Source: Candidatus Dormibacteria bacterium
GTDB lineage: Bacteria; Chloroflexota; Dormibacteria; Aeolococcales; Bog-877
Assembly: GCA_050734135.1 (NCBI GenBank)
Contig: JBOHUG010000114.1
Location: 38,637-102,636, forward strand
Length of the DNA: 64,000 nt
Reading direction: 5' to 3'
This document shows positions 63,580-64,000 of this stretch, piece by piece (position 1 is the first letter of the stretch; every line of letters starts with the position of its first letter). The position numbers and the translations under genes are program-made. The notes under the pieces are model-generated. The model saw nothing but the letters and a program-made list of their open reading frames with translations. It was not told where the DNA came from and made no database searches.

Positions 63580-64000
63580 TCACTGCAGCATGGTCAGGAG
63601 GTCCCCCCACCGCAGCAGCTGCTCTGCGCCTTCGCGGCCGGCGCTGGCTCCGGGCGCCAGGATCGCCCGCATCCCAGCTCCTGTGGCTCCTTCGATATCC
63701 GCCTCCCACTCATCGCCTACGAACCACACCGCTGCGGCTGGCAGTCCCAAGCGCCGCAGCATCTCCGCGAATATCCGGGGATCCGGCTTGCGCCAGCCGA
63801 TCTCGCTGGAGAAGAGAGCGGCGTCGAAGTACTGCCGCAGTTGGAAGCGCTCCAGCTGCTCGTACATCAGGTGGGGCGGAAAGGGTGCATTGGAGCAGAG
63901 TGCGAGCCGAAGTCCACGCGCTTTCAGGGTGGCCAGGACTTCCCGCGCCGCTTCCAACGGGGCCACACCCTCTGCCCAGCTTCGCTGCAGGATCGCTGCC
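63580..64000 (-). CDS. HAD-family hydrolase (C-terminal part; gene continues past the window end)
   Basis: ORF 63580..63966 shows the HAD motif III/IV region (K...VGDEWEADIEGATGAGM). The frame is open to the window edge. Confidence 0.5.
   Translation of the reverse strand, partial: AAILQRSWAEGVAPLEAAREVLATLKARGLRLALCSNAPFPPHLMYEQLERFQLRQYFDAALFSSEIGWRKPDPRIFAEMLRRLGLPAAAVWFVGDEWEADIEGATGAGMRAILAPGASAGREGAEQLLRWGDLLTMLQ

Noticed and set aside
1-64000. CRISPR arrays, IS elements, integrases, phage structural genes
   Set aside because: No direct-repeat/spacer periodicity, no transposase or recombinase motifs (DDE, tyrosine or serine recombinase) and no capsid/terminase-like ORFs were seen in any frame.

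Overview
The window is 64 kb of very high-GC (~68-70%) chromosomal DNA from a monoderm, Actinobacteria-like organism. The Actinobacteria guess rests on DUF3151, PcsB/RipC-like hydrolases and a PatA/PimA-like gene pair. Coding density is high, and most long antisense ORFs in the track are GC artefacts. The housekeeping backbone includes a rhodanese fragment, an SDR, YyaL, a PatA-like acyltransferase with a PimA-like GT4, DegV, PlsY-FumC, PBP1A, UbiA-family, HemE, an M20 peptidase with an enolase-superfamily enzyme, FolB, Dtd, IspH, tRNA-Glu, GH15, GlpX, PckA, an isocitrate dehydrogenase homologue, Bcp, MoaB/MoaC, DinB and ProS.

The most interesting content is a Gram-positive-type type IV secretion (conjugation-like) gene set with no relaxase, integrase or replication gene anywhere in the 64 kb. 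Module A (11.9-19.9 kb) runs VirD4/TraG coupling ATPase, a two-TM pilin-like protein, a VirB6-like polytopic protein, a VirB3/PrgI-like protein, a VirB4 ATPase and a membrane-anchored CHAP hydrolase. About 10 kb downstream, module B (29.3-34.6 kb) is a diverged, rearranged second copy. It has a VirB3-like protein with a C-terminal extension, a second VirB4 ATPase, a frameshifted pilin-like gene and a second VirB6-like protein, with dtd and an unknown gene embedded in it.

Other points of note:
- Three secreted coiled-coil + peptidoglycan-hydrolase (PcsB/RipC-like) genes. Two of them are preceded by GC-poor leaders carrying ydaO-like (c-di-AMP riboswitch) motifs, and one is immediately followed by a DHH/DHHA1 phosphoesterase.
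- A membrane GGDEF sensor.
- A 510-bp ORF-free hairpin-rich gap between convergent genes.
- An IDH homologue with a C-terminal extension.
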